From contig CAZAMS010000223.1 in assembly GCA_964486305.1 (NCBI GenBank), forward strand, positions 1 to 38,573: 38,573 nt of DNA, written 5' to 3'. This stretch comes from an uncultured Aestuariivirga sp. Lineage in GTDB: Bacteria; Pseudomonadota; Alphaproteobacteria; Rhizobiales; Aestuariivirgaceae. The position numbers were made by a program, and so were the translations under genes. Positions 1-9,747 of the stretch are shown here, in pieces; within the stretch, counting starts at the first letter, position 1; each line of letters begins with the position of its first letter. The notes under the pieces are model-generated. The model was not told the DNA's origin and searched no databases. It saw only the letters and a list, made by a program, of their open reading frames with translations.

Positions 1-98
1 CGCCGATCACAAAATCAATCGTGTCGCGGAATTGTTGCCGTGGAACTGGTCAGCCGCCCCATCTCAAGCCCTAGCCGCGTAAACCGCCGGACGCTTAC
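1..98 (+). mobile_element. Right end of an IS66-family insertion sequence (truncated by window edge)
   Basis: Frame 2..82 reads ADHKINRVAELLPWNWSAAPSQALAA*, the typical IS66 TnpC C-terminus (xxLLPWNW). It is followed by CCGGACGCTTAC ending at 98, the reverse complement of the IS66 GTAAGCG terminus. Confidence 0.88.
2..82 (+). CDS. tnpC: IS66 transposase TnpC, C-terminal fragment (5' partial)
   Basis: Manual translation gives the ELLPWNW motif and a TAA stop at 80-82. Too short for the ORF track. Confidence 0.85.
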   Translation, partial: ADHKINRVAELLPWNWSAAPSQALAA

Positions 99-142
99 GT
101 CCGAGATGGTGAATGGTAAAGTGATACTCGTAGGAGACGCAC

Positions 143-1168
143 ATGATTACGCTTGAGAATAAAGAGCTTGTCTTTCGTTTTGATGAGAGCCATCCGGATG
201 CCGTCTGCAGCGTAGGTTTCCAGCGTACCCTGCGCATCCCTGATGATGACAGGCAATATCCTCTACCGGCTGGACTTGGCTTATTTGATTTACGGCACAT
301 CGATGACTTTGCAAAAAAGTTGCCTCACGCATTGGCGCGTCGTGGTGGCGTCGTGATGCCAATGTGGCAAGCGGAAGCGATGTGGCTCAATTTTAGAAGC
401 CCATTTACGCTGAAGGGGCAATATCCCTTTGCAATCAAGATTGCGGCCGGAAAGATCAACGCGATCACTGGCGAGCCATGGCGTGATGGCCTTCACACCG
501 ATCCGCAGGACTACCTCGTCGTTCCAACTCAGCCGTGGCTTGATGGTTTCTGCGTAAAGAAAGGCACGATTAGGCAGTTTGTGGCCACAGTGCTTGGGCA
601 AGGTGCGACGGTCGAAGAACAAATCACCGGACAAGCCGAGAATGGGGGCCTTCAGATCACAGCCTTTCCCATGAAGCGAGACGTGTACGATAGGCTATAC
701 CCAGATCGACATCGAGCAGACTTTGAAAACTCCATAAGAGGATGCGTTGCCAGCGCAACTCTCGACATGGGTTTCGCAGCCGGTGGAGAGATGCGGCAAG
801 AAGTCTATGCCGACCCTTACGGACTTGATGCCTGGGATATGAAGCAATCCTCCCGCTGCTTCGTCACCGTCTTGAATGCTTCGTCCTGGCTCTCGATCAC
901 TGGCTCCAATCCCCCCACTCAACCTCCATCCACGGTGGACTATAAAAAGAGCGGTCTTCCTTGGTTCGACTACTACGCCGCAGATCAGAAGCCATTGGAG
1001 GGATCAAGCGTCCTTGCCCGTGTGAAATCATTTGCAAATTTCGGCAGGCCATCGGTCAAACCGGGGACGGCCCACGTCTCGGAACCGGGTGAATTTAGTA
1101 TCAACTCTATTGGACCCAACAAGCGACCCATAACAATACCCAACCAAGTGAGAGAGAGTTCTTTCTGA
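143..1168 (+). CDS. Conserved hypothetical protein, 341 aa (FQRTLRIPDD / QPWLDGF / GLPWFDYY motifs), function unknown
   Basis: Long ORF with AGGAG RBS at 132-136. Motif-rich and globular, with no clear transmembrane segment. Confidence 0.8.
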   Translation: MITLENKELVFRFDESHPDAVCSVGFQRTLRIPDDDRQYPLPAGLGLFDLRHIDDFAKKLPHALARRGGVVMPMWQAEAMWLNFRSPFTLKGQYPFAIKIAAGKINAITGEPWRDGLHTDPQDYLVVPTQPWLDGFCVKKGTIRQFVATVLGQGATVEEQITGQAENGGLQITAFPMKRDVYDRLYPDRHRADFENSIRGCVASATLDMGFAAGGEMRQEVYADPYGLDAWDMKQSSRCFVTVLNASSWLSITGSNPPTQPPSTVDYKKSGLPWFDYYAADQKPLEGSSVLARVKSFANFGRPSVKPGTAHVSEPGEFSINSIGPNKRPITIPNQVRESSF

Positions 1169-1206
1169 GCGACCTCCAAACCTTCAATTCTAAAAGGAAA
1201 TGGAAC

Positions 1207-1665
1207 ATGTCAAAAACCCAAGCGCTCTTGTTGGATAGGTGCTGCAACTACATTCAGGAACTATTAGAAATATACGAGTCGAGCCGCGTCAATGCTTATA
1301 AACACATCGAGACTGATCTACATCAACTATCCAAAATAACATCCATCCTTGGTCAGTCTGCTACGTCCACAGATCAAAGACGTACACCACCTCAGGCTGG
1401 TAGAATAAGGTGGGTGGATGATGTCGTTAGGGCGCTTGAAGAGCTTGGCGGCAGGGCCTCACTTAAAGCCATCTATCGGAAGGTAGTTCAGATCAGAACG
1501 ACTGCTGGTCGATCTGTTCCTGAAAATTCCGATTCAGCAATTCGCGACTGCCTTGAAACTCATTCAAGTGATTCACGCATTTACAAGCCAACATATCCTG
1601 ACCTGTTTACGATGGCAAAAGGGCGAGGGAGCGGGATATGGGCGCTGCGGAATAGGAAAGTTTAA
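1207..1665 (+). CDS. Hypothetical protein with C-terminal winged-helix-like domain (WxxxVxxALxxLGGxAxLxxIY...HSSDS...GxGxWxLR)
   Basis: AAGGA RBS upstream. The C-terminal ~85 aa resemble wHTH modules I recall fused to HNH/restriction-type nucleases. The DNA looks more AT-rich than the core genes. Confidence 0.65.
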   Translation: MSKTQALLLDRCCNYIQELLEIYESSRVNAYKHIETDLHQLSKITSILGQSATSTDQRRTPPQAGRIRWVDDVVRALEELGGRASLKAIYRKVVQIRTTAGRSVPENSDSAIRDCLETHSSDSRIYKPTYPDLFTMAKGRGSGIWALRNRKV

Positions 1666-1724
1666 AATGCTGAACGTGGCGGCATTTAAGTCCTACCGAG
1701 GCACTGAATAGTTTGGGACCATAG

Positions 1725-3714
<1,990 letters not shown>

Positions 3715-3731
3715 CCATCCCTCCACATTCC

Positions 3732-3938
3732 GTTATCCCGGCGGACGCCGCTATCGTGTGCACACATCTTTTTGCCTCCAAAAAATGACTCTAGATCAGC
3801 AACTTAGCAAGCGTAGGTAGAGGTCATATGGACTACGTTAACGCAAGAAAAACGACCAATATTCTAATCATTTCAGTTAACTCATTGAAATGACTCAAGG
3901 AGATGTGTGCACACGATAGCGTCTTTCGACGGGATGAC
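3732..3938. repeat. GTCATCCCG-type REP/palindromic element whose centre is occupied by a MITE
   Basis: Left arm GTTATCCCGGCGGACGCCG (3732-3750) and right arm CGTCTTTCGACGGGATGAC (3920-3938) are imperfect inverted repeats (14/19). Confidence 0.7.
3749..3921. mobile_element. MITE-like non-autonomous element with perfect 21-bp terminal inverted repeats
   Basis: CGCTATCGTGTGCACACATCT (3749-3769) and AGATGTGTGCACACGATAGCG (3901-3921) flank 131 bp of AT-rich non-coding DNA. Confidence 0.75.
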
Positions 3939-3974
3939 AAAATAATTGATGGAATTTATTGAACGATAATCAGT

Positions 3975-4391
3975 TCAGTGAATGGCTTCGGCCACATCAC
4001 GCAAGGTGGTGAGCGCCAGGGAACATGACAATGCGCTCTCTGCGGCACGCAACGGCGCGCCCAGAATTTTTCCCATCTGGCAAGCAACCGGACAATTCGA
4101 ATTGGGATCCGTCTTGTGCATGCGGAATACGGTTTCATCTTCCACCGCCTGATAGATATCAGCCAGCGTAATGCCTTCAGCATTTCTTTCGAGTTCAAAT
4201 CCGCCGGAACGGCCAGCCGTTGCCCGCACAAGCTTTGCCTTTTCCAGCTCCGCCATGAGCCTGCGGATGACCACCGGATTGGTGTCCACGCTTGTGGCAA
4301 TAGCCGACGAGCACACCGGGCCTTTGTTGGCATGGCGGGCAAGCACGCTGAGAGCGTGAATGGCGACTATGAATCGGCTGCTCGATAACAT
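3975..4391 (-). CDS. Rrf2-family transcriptional regulator (YwnA/HypR/SifR-like, probably not Fe-S type)
   Basis: SSRFIVAIHAL, SVDTNPVVIRRLM, GxxGGFxL, ITLADIYQAVE, NxxCPV motifs. Confidence 0.92.
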   Translation of the reverse strand: MLSSSRFIVAIHALSVLARHANKGPVCSSAIATSVDTNPVVIRRLMAELEKAKLVRATAGRSGGFELERNAEGITLADIYQAVEDETVFRMHKTDPNSNCPVACQMGKILGAPLRAAESALSCSLALTTLRDVAEAIH

Positions 4392-4458
4392 CTGTAATAA
4401 CCTTTGCCCTTACATCGTATCCTTTGGGTCAAAAAGCAAGCCCGCATACTGCGGCGTG

Positions 4459-4480
4459 TTTACCAAACCTTAAGCGATTC
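4459..4480. promoter_or_regulatory. Putative CtrA site with adjacent GANTC (CcrM) site upstream of ftsB
   Basis: TTTA-CCAAACC-TTAA (4459-4473) is one mismatch from TTAA-N7-TTAA. GATTC lies at 4476-4480. Confidence 0.55.
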
Positions 4481-4499
4481 CTCCGAAATCTGCTGCCCC

Positions 4500-4796
4500 A
4501 TGCGCATATCCAAATTCGATAGTGTTGTCACCTGTGCCTGCCTTGGCCTGCTTGGGTTTTTTGCCTGGCATGGCTTTGAAGGCCCCCGTGGCTTTCATTT
4601 CAATGAGAAGTTGAAAGGCCAGTCCGGGCAACTGACCGGCGATCTCACGGCAATCCGGAAGCAGCGCAGCGATTTTGAGCGTCGGGTAGCGCTTCTCAGG
4701 CCAGAATCCGTGGACCCCGATATGCTGGATGAAATGGCCCGCCAAACCCTTGATGTCGCCCGGCCCAGCGAGCTGATTGTGCTCGATTCACCATAA
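4500..4796 (+). CDS. ftsB: Septum formation initiator FtsB/DivIC
   Basis: TM helix, GPRG, coiled coil, LRPESVDPDMLDEMARQTL. Conserved eno-ftsB-pdhA context. Start moved to ATG 4500. Confidence 0.9.
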   Translation: MRISKFDSVVTCACLGLLGFFAWHGFEGPRGFHFNEKLKGQSGQLTGDLTAIRKQRSDFERRVALLRPESVDPDMLDEMARQTLDVARPSELIVLDSP

Positions 4797-4909
4797 TTCT
4801 CCAATGAAATCCAAGACGTAAACTGAATTTCATTTAACGTCAGTATTAGCAAGCCATCTCAACCGCTTAATGCTATGGAAGGTGTCAAAAAGCATTGCGG
4901 GAGGAGCTT

Positions 4910-5956
4910 ATGGCGGTGAAATCGGCCTATATTTCGCGTAAAGGCACCAAGGCCGAGAAGGCCGACAAATCAGCCATCAAAAACAGCGGTTTTTCGTCCG
5001 AGGAGGAACTCCGCGCCTACAAGGACATGCTGCTCATCCGCCGCTTCGAGGAAAAGGCGGGCCAGCTCTACGGCATGGGCCTTATCGGCGGCTTCTGCCA
5101 CCTCTATATCGGCCAGGAAGCCGTGGTCATCGGCATGCAAATGGCCGTGAAAGACGGCGATCAGCTCATCACCTCCTACCGCGACCATGGCCACATGCTG
5201 GCTGCCGGCATGGACCCCAAGGGCGTCATGGCCGAGCTCACCGGCCGCCGGGACGGCTATTCTCACGGCAAGGGCGGATCCATGCACATGTTCAGCCGCG
5301 AAAAGCAGTTTTTTGGGGGCCACGGCATCGTCGGCGCCCAGGTGCCGCTGGGGGCGGGGCTGGCCTTCGCCAACAAGTATCGCGGCAATGACCATGTGGC
5401 ACTCACCTATTATGGCGACGGCGCCGCCAACCAGGGCCAGGTCTATGAAACCTTCAACATCGCCAGCGTCTGGAAACTCCCCGTCATCTTCGTGATCGAG
5501 AACAACCGCTACGCCATGGGAACCGCAGCACCGCGCTCCACCGCAAAATCCGATCACTTGGGTGCCCGCGGGGAGGCTTTCGACATACCTTCCGAGCAGG
5601 TGGACGGCATGGATGTCCGCGCCGTGAAGGAAGCAGGCGACCGCGCCGTTGAGCATTGCCGTTCTGGCGAGGGCCCCTACATTCTCGAAATGATGACCTA
5701 CCGCTATCGCGGCCACTCCATGTCCGATCCCGCCAAATATCGCGCCAAGGAAGAAGTGCAGAAGATGCGCGAGGAGAAGGATCCCATTGAGCAGGTAAAG
5801 GCCCGCATCCTGAAATCGGGCATGGCCAGCGAAGATGACTTGAAGAAGATCGACGCCGATATCCGCGTGACCGTCACCGAAGCCGCCGATTTTGCCACAA
5901 GCAATCCAGAGCCTGATATTTCAGAACTCTACACCGACATTTACAAAAGCGCGTAA
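4910..5956 (+). CDS. pdhA: Pyruvate dehydrogenase E1 alpha subunit
   Basis: GFCHLYIGQEA, GKGGSMHM, GDGAANQGQ (TPP motif), YRYRGHSMSDP. GAGGAG RBS before ATG 4910. Confidence 0.98.
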   Translation: MAVKSAYISRKGTKAEKADKSAIKNSGFSSEEELRAYKDMLLIRRFEEKAGQLYGMGLIGGFCHLYIGQEAVVIGMQMAVKDGDQLITSYRDHGHMLAAGMDPKGVMAELTGRRDGYSHGKGGSMHMFSREKQFFGGHGIVGAQVPLGAGLAFANKYRGNDHVALTYYGDGAANQGQVYETFNIASVWKLPVIFVIENNRYAMGTAAPRSTAKSDHLGARGEAFDIPSEQVDGMDVRAVKEAGDRAVEHCRSGEGPYILEMMTYRYRGHSMSDPAKYRAKEEVQKMREEKDPIEQVKARILKSGMASEDDLKKIDADIRVTVTEAADFATSNPEPDISELYTDIYKSA

Positions 5957-5971
5957 GGACCGGAGCCTCCA

Positions 5972-7309
5972 ATGCCAAACATTCTGATGCCCGCCCTTTC
6001 GCCCACCATGGAAGAAGGCAAACTTTCCAAATGGCTGAAAAATGTCGGCGACAATATCAAATCCGGCGATGTGCTGGCCGAGATCGAAACCGACAAGGCC
6101 ACCATGGAAGTGGAAGCCGTCGACGAGGGACCGCTGACCGCCATTTTAGTGGCTGAGGGTACAGAGAACGTTAAAGTCAACACGCCGATTGCAGTAATCG
6201 GTCAGGCCGATGCAGCACCTGCACCAAAGGCAGCAACTGTTGAAGCGCCTTCATCCGCACCTGTAGCGGCACCTGCCATCGTAGCTGCGCCAGCTTCAGC
6301 TGATCCGGAAGTTCCGGAAGGCACCGAAATGGTGACGATGACCGTGCGCGAAGCCATCCGCGCCGCCATGTCCGAAGAAATGCGCCGCGACAAGGACGTG
6401 TTCCTGATGGGCGAGGAAGTGGGCGAATACCAGGGCGCCTATAAGATCAGCCAGGGCATGCTGGAAGAGTTCGGACCGCAACGCGTGATCGATACACCCA
6501 TCACCGAACATGGCTTTGCCGGCATTGCCACCGGTGCGGCCTTTGCAGGCCTCAAGCCCATCGTTGAATTCATGACTTTCAATTTCGCCATGCAGGCCAT
6601 TGACCAGATCATCAATTCCGCCGCCAAGACGCTTTACATGTCCGGTGGGCAAATGGGTTGCCCCATCGTGTTCCGTGGTCCCAATGGCGCGGCGGCCCGT
6701 GTCGCCGCCCAGCACTCCCAGGACTACGCCGCGTGGTATTCCCAAGTCCCCGGCCTCAAAGTCGTCATGCCTTACTCGGCAGCCGACGCCAAAGGCCTGA
6801 TGAAATCAGCCATCCGCGATCCAAATCCCGTGATCTTTTTGGAAAACGAAATCCTCTACGGCAAGAGTTTTGAAGTCCCGAAGCTTGATGACTGGATCGT
6901 GCCCATCGGCAAGGCCCGCATCGCGCGCGCCGGCAAGCATGTCACCATCGTCTCCTTCGGCATCGGCATGACCTATTCACTCGCCGCCGCCGACAAGCTC
7001 GCCGCCGAAGGCATCGAAGCGGAAGTCATCGACCTCCGCACCATTCGCCCCATGGATTTGGCCACTGTTATTGAGAGCGTGAAGAAAACCAACCGCTGCG
7101 TGGCCGTGGAAGAGGGCTATCCGCAATTTTCCGTCACGTCTGAAATCGCGGCACAAATCATGACCCATGCCTTTGATTACCTCGATGCACCTGTAGCCCG
7201 CGTGGCCGGCAAGGACGTGCCCATGCCTTACGCCGCAAACCTCGAAAAACTCGCGCTCCCCAATGCCGATGAAGTGGTGGCGGCCGCGAAGGGAGTTCTC
7301 TATGTCTGA
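5972..7309 (+). CDS. pdhB: Pyruvate dehydrogenase E1 beta subunit with N-terminal lipoyl domain
   Basis: ETDKATME lipoyl motif, Ala/Pro linker, [32 protein letters not shown]. Confidence 0.98.
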   Translation: MPNILMPALSPTMEEGKLSKWLKNVGDNIKSGDVLAEIETDKATMEVEAVDEGPLTAILVAEGTENVKVNTPIAVIGQADAAPAPKAATVEAPSSAPVAAPAIVAAPASADPEVPEGTEMVTMTVREAIRAAMSEEMRRDKDVFLMGEEVGEYQGAYKISQGMLEEFGPQRVIDTPITEHGFAGIATGAAFAGLKPIVEFMTFNFAMQAIDQIINSAAKTLYMSGGQMGCPIVFRGPNGAAARVAAQHSQDYAAWYSQVPGLKVVMPYSAADAKGLMKSAIRDPNPVIFLENEILYGKSFEVPKLDDWIVPIGKARIARAGKHVTIVSFGIGMTYSLAAADKLAAEGIEAEVIDLRTIRPMDLATVIESVKKTNRCVAVEEGYPQFSVTSEIAAQIMTHAFDYLDAPVARVAGKDVPMPYAANLEKLALPNADEVVAAAKGVLYV

Positions 7310-7637
7310 CCATGATCACCATCACGATCACAGCCACGAAACGCATCCACATCAATTGCAGCCGCCCCATGAAGTATTTCATGATGAGAAGGCCGGCGAA
7401 CTGGTGCGCGCCTGGATCACCAATGGCCATTTGAGCCTATCGCTCAACGCCATGGCCTTCGGCAAGGCTGATATTTGGGGCCATGTGCTGGCGGGTATGG
7501 CAGAGCAGGTCGCTGCCTCCTGCGCCGAAATGGGTCACGGCACCACCGCTGGCAACCTTGAAGAAATCCGCAAGAACCTGACCGCCGATCTGGCCAAGGC
7601 CGCCGCAAAACATTCTCCACTTTCCGTCAAGTCATAG
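7302..7637 (+). CDS. DUF5076-like small protein with His-rich N-terminus
   Basis: ELVRAWI...LSLSL...WGHVLA pattern. The ATG overlaps the pdhB end (ATGTCTGA). N-terminus is [17 protein letters not shown]. Confidence 0.75.
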   Translation: MSDHDHHHDHSHETHPHQLQPPHEVFHDEKAGELVRAWITNGHLSLSLNAMAFGKADIWGHVLAGMAEQVAASCAEMGHGTTAGNLEEIRKNLTADLAKAAAKHSPLSVKS

Positions 7638-7652
7638 AGAGAGTACCGGACC

Positions 7653-8951
7653 ATGCCCGTCAACATTCTGATGCCCGCTCTATCTCCCACCATGGAAAAG
7701 GGCAAGCTTGCAAAATGGCTCAAGAAAGAGGGCGACAAGGTAAAGTCCGGCGATGTGCTGGCCGAGATCGAGACCGACAAGGCCACCATGGAAGTGGAAG
7801 CCATCGACGAAGGCACGCTGGGCAAAATCCTGGTGGCCGAAGGCACGGATGATATTTTGGTGAATGCACCCATCGCAATCATTTTGGGCGAAGGTGAGAA
7901 GCTTGGTGATATCAAACAACCCTCTCCCCCTGTGGGAGAGGGTCCGAAGCCTGCGCAGCAGGCTGCGGGGGAGAGGGGGCAAGTGGCAACCCCAAGTTCC
8001 CCCTCTCCCGGCTCTGTCGCGCCACCCACTCCCACAAGGGGAGAGGGAAGAATCTTCACTTCACCCCTCGCCAAACGCATTGCCAAGCAGAAGGGCATTG
8101 ATCTCGCGGCCCTCAAAGGTTCCGGTCCCCATGGCCGCGTGGTTTTGAAAGATGTTGAGAACGCCAAGCCGGGTGCCGCGCCTGTCGCGAGGCCAGCTGC
8201 AGTCCAACCCATGTCCGACGAGCAAATCCTCAAGTTCTTCGAGCCCGGTTCCTATGACCTCGTGCCCCATGACGGCATGCGCAAGACCATCGCCCGCCGC
8301 CTGACGGAGTCGAAACAGACCATCCCGCATTTCTACCTCACCGTGGATTGCTCGCTTGAGAATCTCGTGCCGCTGCGTGAGCGCCTGAACCTGCAGGCAC
8401 CCAAAGACAAAGTTGGCAAGCCCGCTTGGAAAGTCTCGGTGAATGACTTCATCATCAAAGCATTGGCCATGGCGCTTATGAAAGTGCCCGCCGCCAACGC
8501 CTCGTGGACCGAAGCCGCCATGGTCCTCCACAAGCATTCCGACGTGGGCGTGGCCGTATCCATTCCCGGCGGCCTCATCACGCCTATTATCCGCAAGGCG
8601 GAAACCAAGGGGCTCACACAAATCTCAGTCGAGATGAAGGATTATGCGACGCGCGCCAGATCGCGAAAACTTTTGCCGAGCGAATATCAGGGCGGCTCAA
8701 CTGCCGTTTCAAATCTCGGCATGTTCGGCATCAAGAATTTCTCCGCCGTCATTAACCCGCCCCATGGAACCATCCTTGCAGTTGGCGTCGGCGAGCGCAG
8801 ACCTGTAGTGCGCGGCAACGACATCGTGATCGAACACCAAATGTCGGTCACCCTGTCCACCGACCATCGCTGCGTCGATGGCGCCCTCGGCGCCGAACTC
8901 CTCAGCGCCTTCCGCCTGTATATCGAAGATCCCGGCTTGATGTTGGTGTAA
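7653..8951 (+). CDS. pdhC: Pyruvate dehydrogenase E2 dihydrolipoamide acetyltransferase
   Basis: Lipoyl domain (ETDKATME), PSBD (SPLAKRIA...GSGPHGRV), catalytic DHRCVDGA. Confidence 0.98.
   Translation: MPVNILMPALSPTMEKGKLAKWLKKEGDKVKSGDVLAEIETDKATMEVEAIDEGTLGKILVAEGTDDILVNAPIAIILGEGEKLGDIKQPSPPVGEGPKPAQQAAGERGQVATPSSPSPGSVAPPTPTRGEGRIFTSPLAKRIAKQKGIDLAALKGSGPHGRVVLKDVENAKPGAAPVARPAAVQPMSDEQILKFFEPGSYDLVPHDGMRKTIARRLTESKQTIPHFYLTVDCSLENLVPLRERLNLQAPKDKVGKPAWKVSVNDFIIKALAMALMKVPAANASWTEAAMVLHKHSDVGVAVSIPGGLITPIIRKAETKGLTQISVEMKDYATRARSRKLLPSEYQGGSTAVSNLGMFGIKNFSAVINPPHGTILAVGVGERRPVVRGNDIVIEHQMSVTLSTDHRCVDGALGAELLSAFRLYIEDPGLMLV
7920..8047. repeat. Palindromic element (CCCTCTCCC/GGGAGAGGG family) lying in frame in pdhC
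   Basis: Terminal inverted repeats 7920-7943 vs 8024-8047 match at 22/24. Inner perfect 11-bp IR at 7969-7979 / 7999-8009. Encodes PSPPVGEG...GERG...PSPG...TRGEG. Confidence 0.88.
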
Positions 8952-8954
8952 CTT

Positions 8955-9584
8955 GTGAAAAACATTCTCGCATTTGGAGACAGTCTGACCTGGGGCGCTG
9001 ATGCGAGCACCGGAAAGCGTCATGCGTTTGCGGACCGTTGGCCGAACGCGCTGGCAGCGGGACTAGGGCAAGGAGCGCGCGTCATTGAGGAAGGGCAAAA
9101 CGGCCGCATGACGGTGCATGAAGATCCGACGACGTTTGAATCCCGCAACGGGGCAGTTGCGCTGCCGATTCTGCTGAAATCGCACGAACCACTCGATCTC
9201 GTGATCATCATGCTCGGAAGCAACGATCTGAAACGGTTTCGTGCCATTGATGCGATGTGGGGCATGGAGCGACTCGTAGAGGTGGTGCAGACCTTCATTT
9301 TCAACGAGAACTACACCGAGCCGCAGGTATTGATTATAGCACCTCCCCATCTGGTGAAAACCTCGGAAGAGGATTTTGAAGCGCTCTTCGGCCATGCACG
9401 CGAAGAGTCGCAAAAATTTGCCTATCATTATGCAAGGCTAGCCAAAACTATGGAGGTGCATTTCTTTGATGCATCGACAGTGGCAAAGACCGATCCGGTC
9501 GATGGCGTTCACCTCGATGCCGCCAATACTCGCGCCATAGGACAGGCTTTGGTGCCAGTGGTGAAGAGGATTTTGAGTATATAA
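8955..9584 (+). CDS. SGNH/GDSL hydrolase (arylesterase-like)
   Basis: FGDSLTWG, MLGSNDLK, DGVHLD blocks. Confidence 0.93.
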   Translation: MKNILAFGDSLTWGADASTGKRHAFADRWPNALAAGLGQGARVIEEGQNGRMTVHEDPTTFESRNGAVALPILLKSHEPLDLVIIMLGSNDLKRFRAIDAMWGMERLVEVVQTFIFNENYTEPQVLIIAPPHLVKTSEEDFEALFGHAREESQKFAYHYARLAKTMEVHFFDASTVAKTDPVDGVHLDAANTRAIGQALVPVVKRILSI

Positions 9585-9590
9585 AGTTTA

Positions 9591-9723
9591 TCGCCTTCTC
9601 CCGTCCAAAGGATGGGAGAAGGTGGCCGAAGGCCGGATGAGGGCCCTTTGGCTGCCTTAAGAAAGAGCCCTCACCCGCCCTGTCGGGCACCCTCTCCCAT
9701 GCGTTCCGCACGGGCGAGGGCGA
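9591..9723. repeat. Intergenic palindromic element, same family as the pdhC insert
   Basis: TCGCCTTCTCCCGT...GGGAGAAGGTGGCCGA...GGATGAGGGC / GCCCTCACCC...TCGGGCACCCTCTCCC...ACGGGCGAGGGCGA. Terminal IR matches at 12/14. Confidence 0.88.
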
Positions 9724-9747
9724 CAATGATTGAGTAGAGGAATCGCT

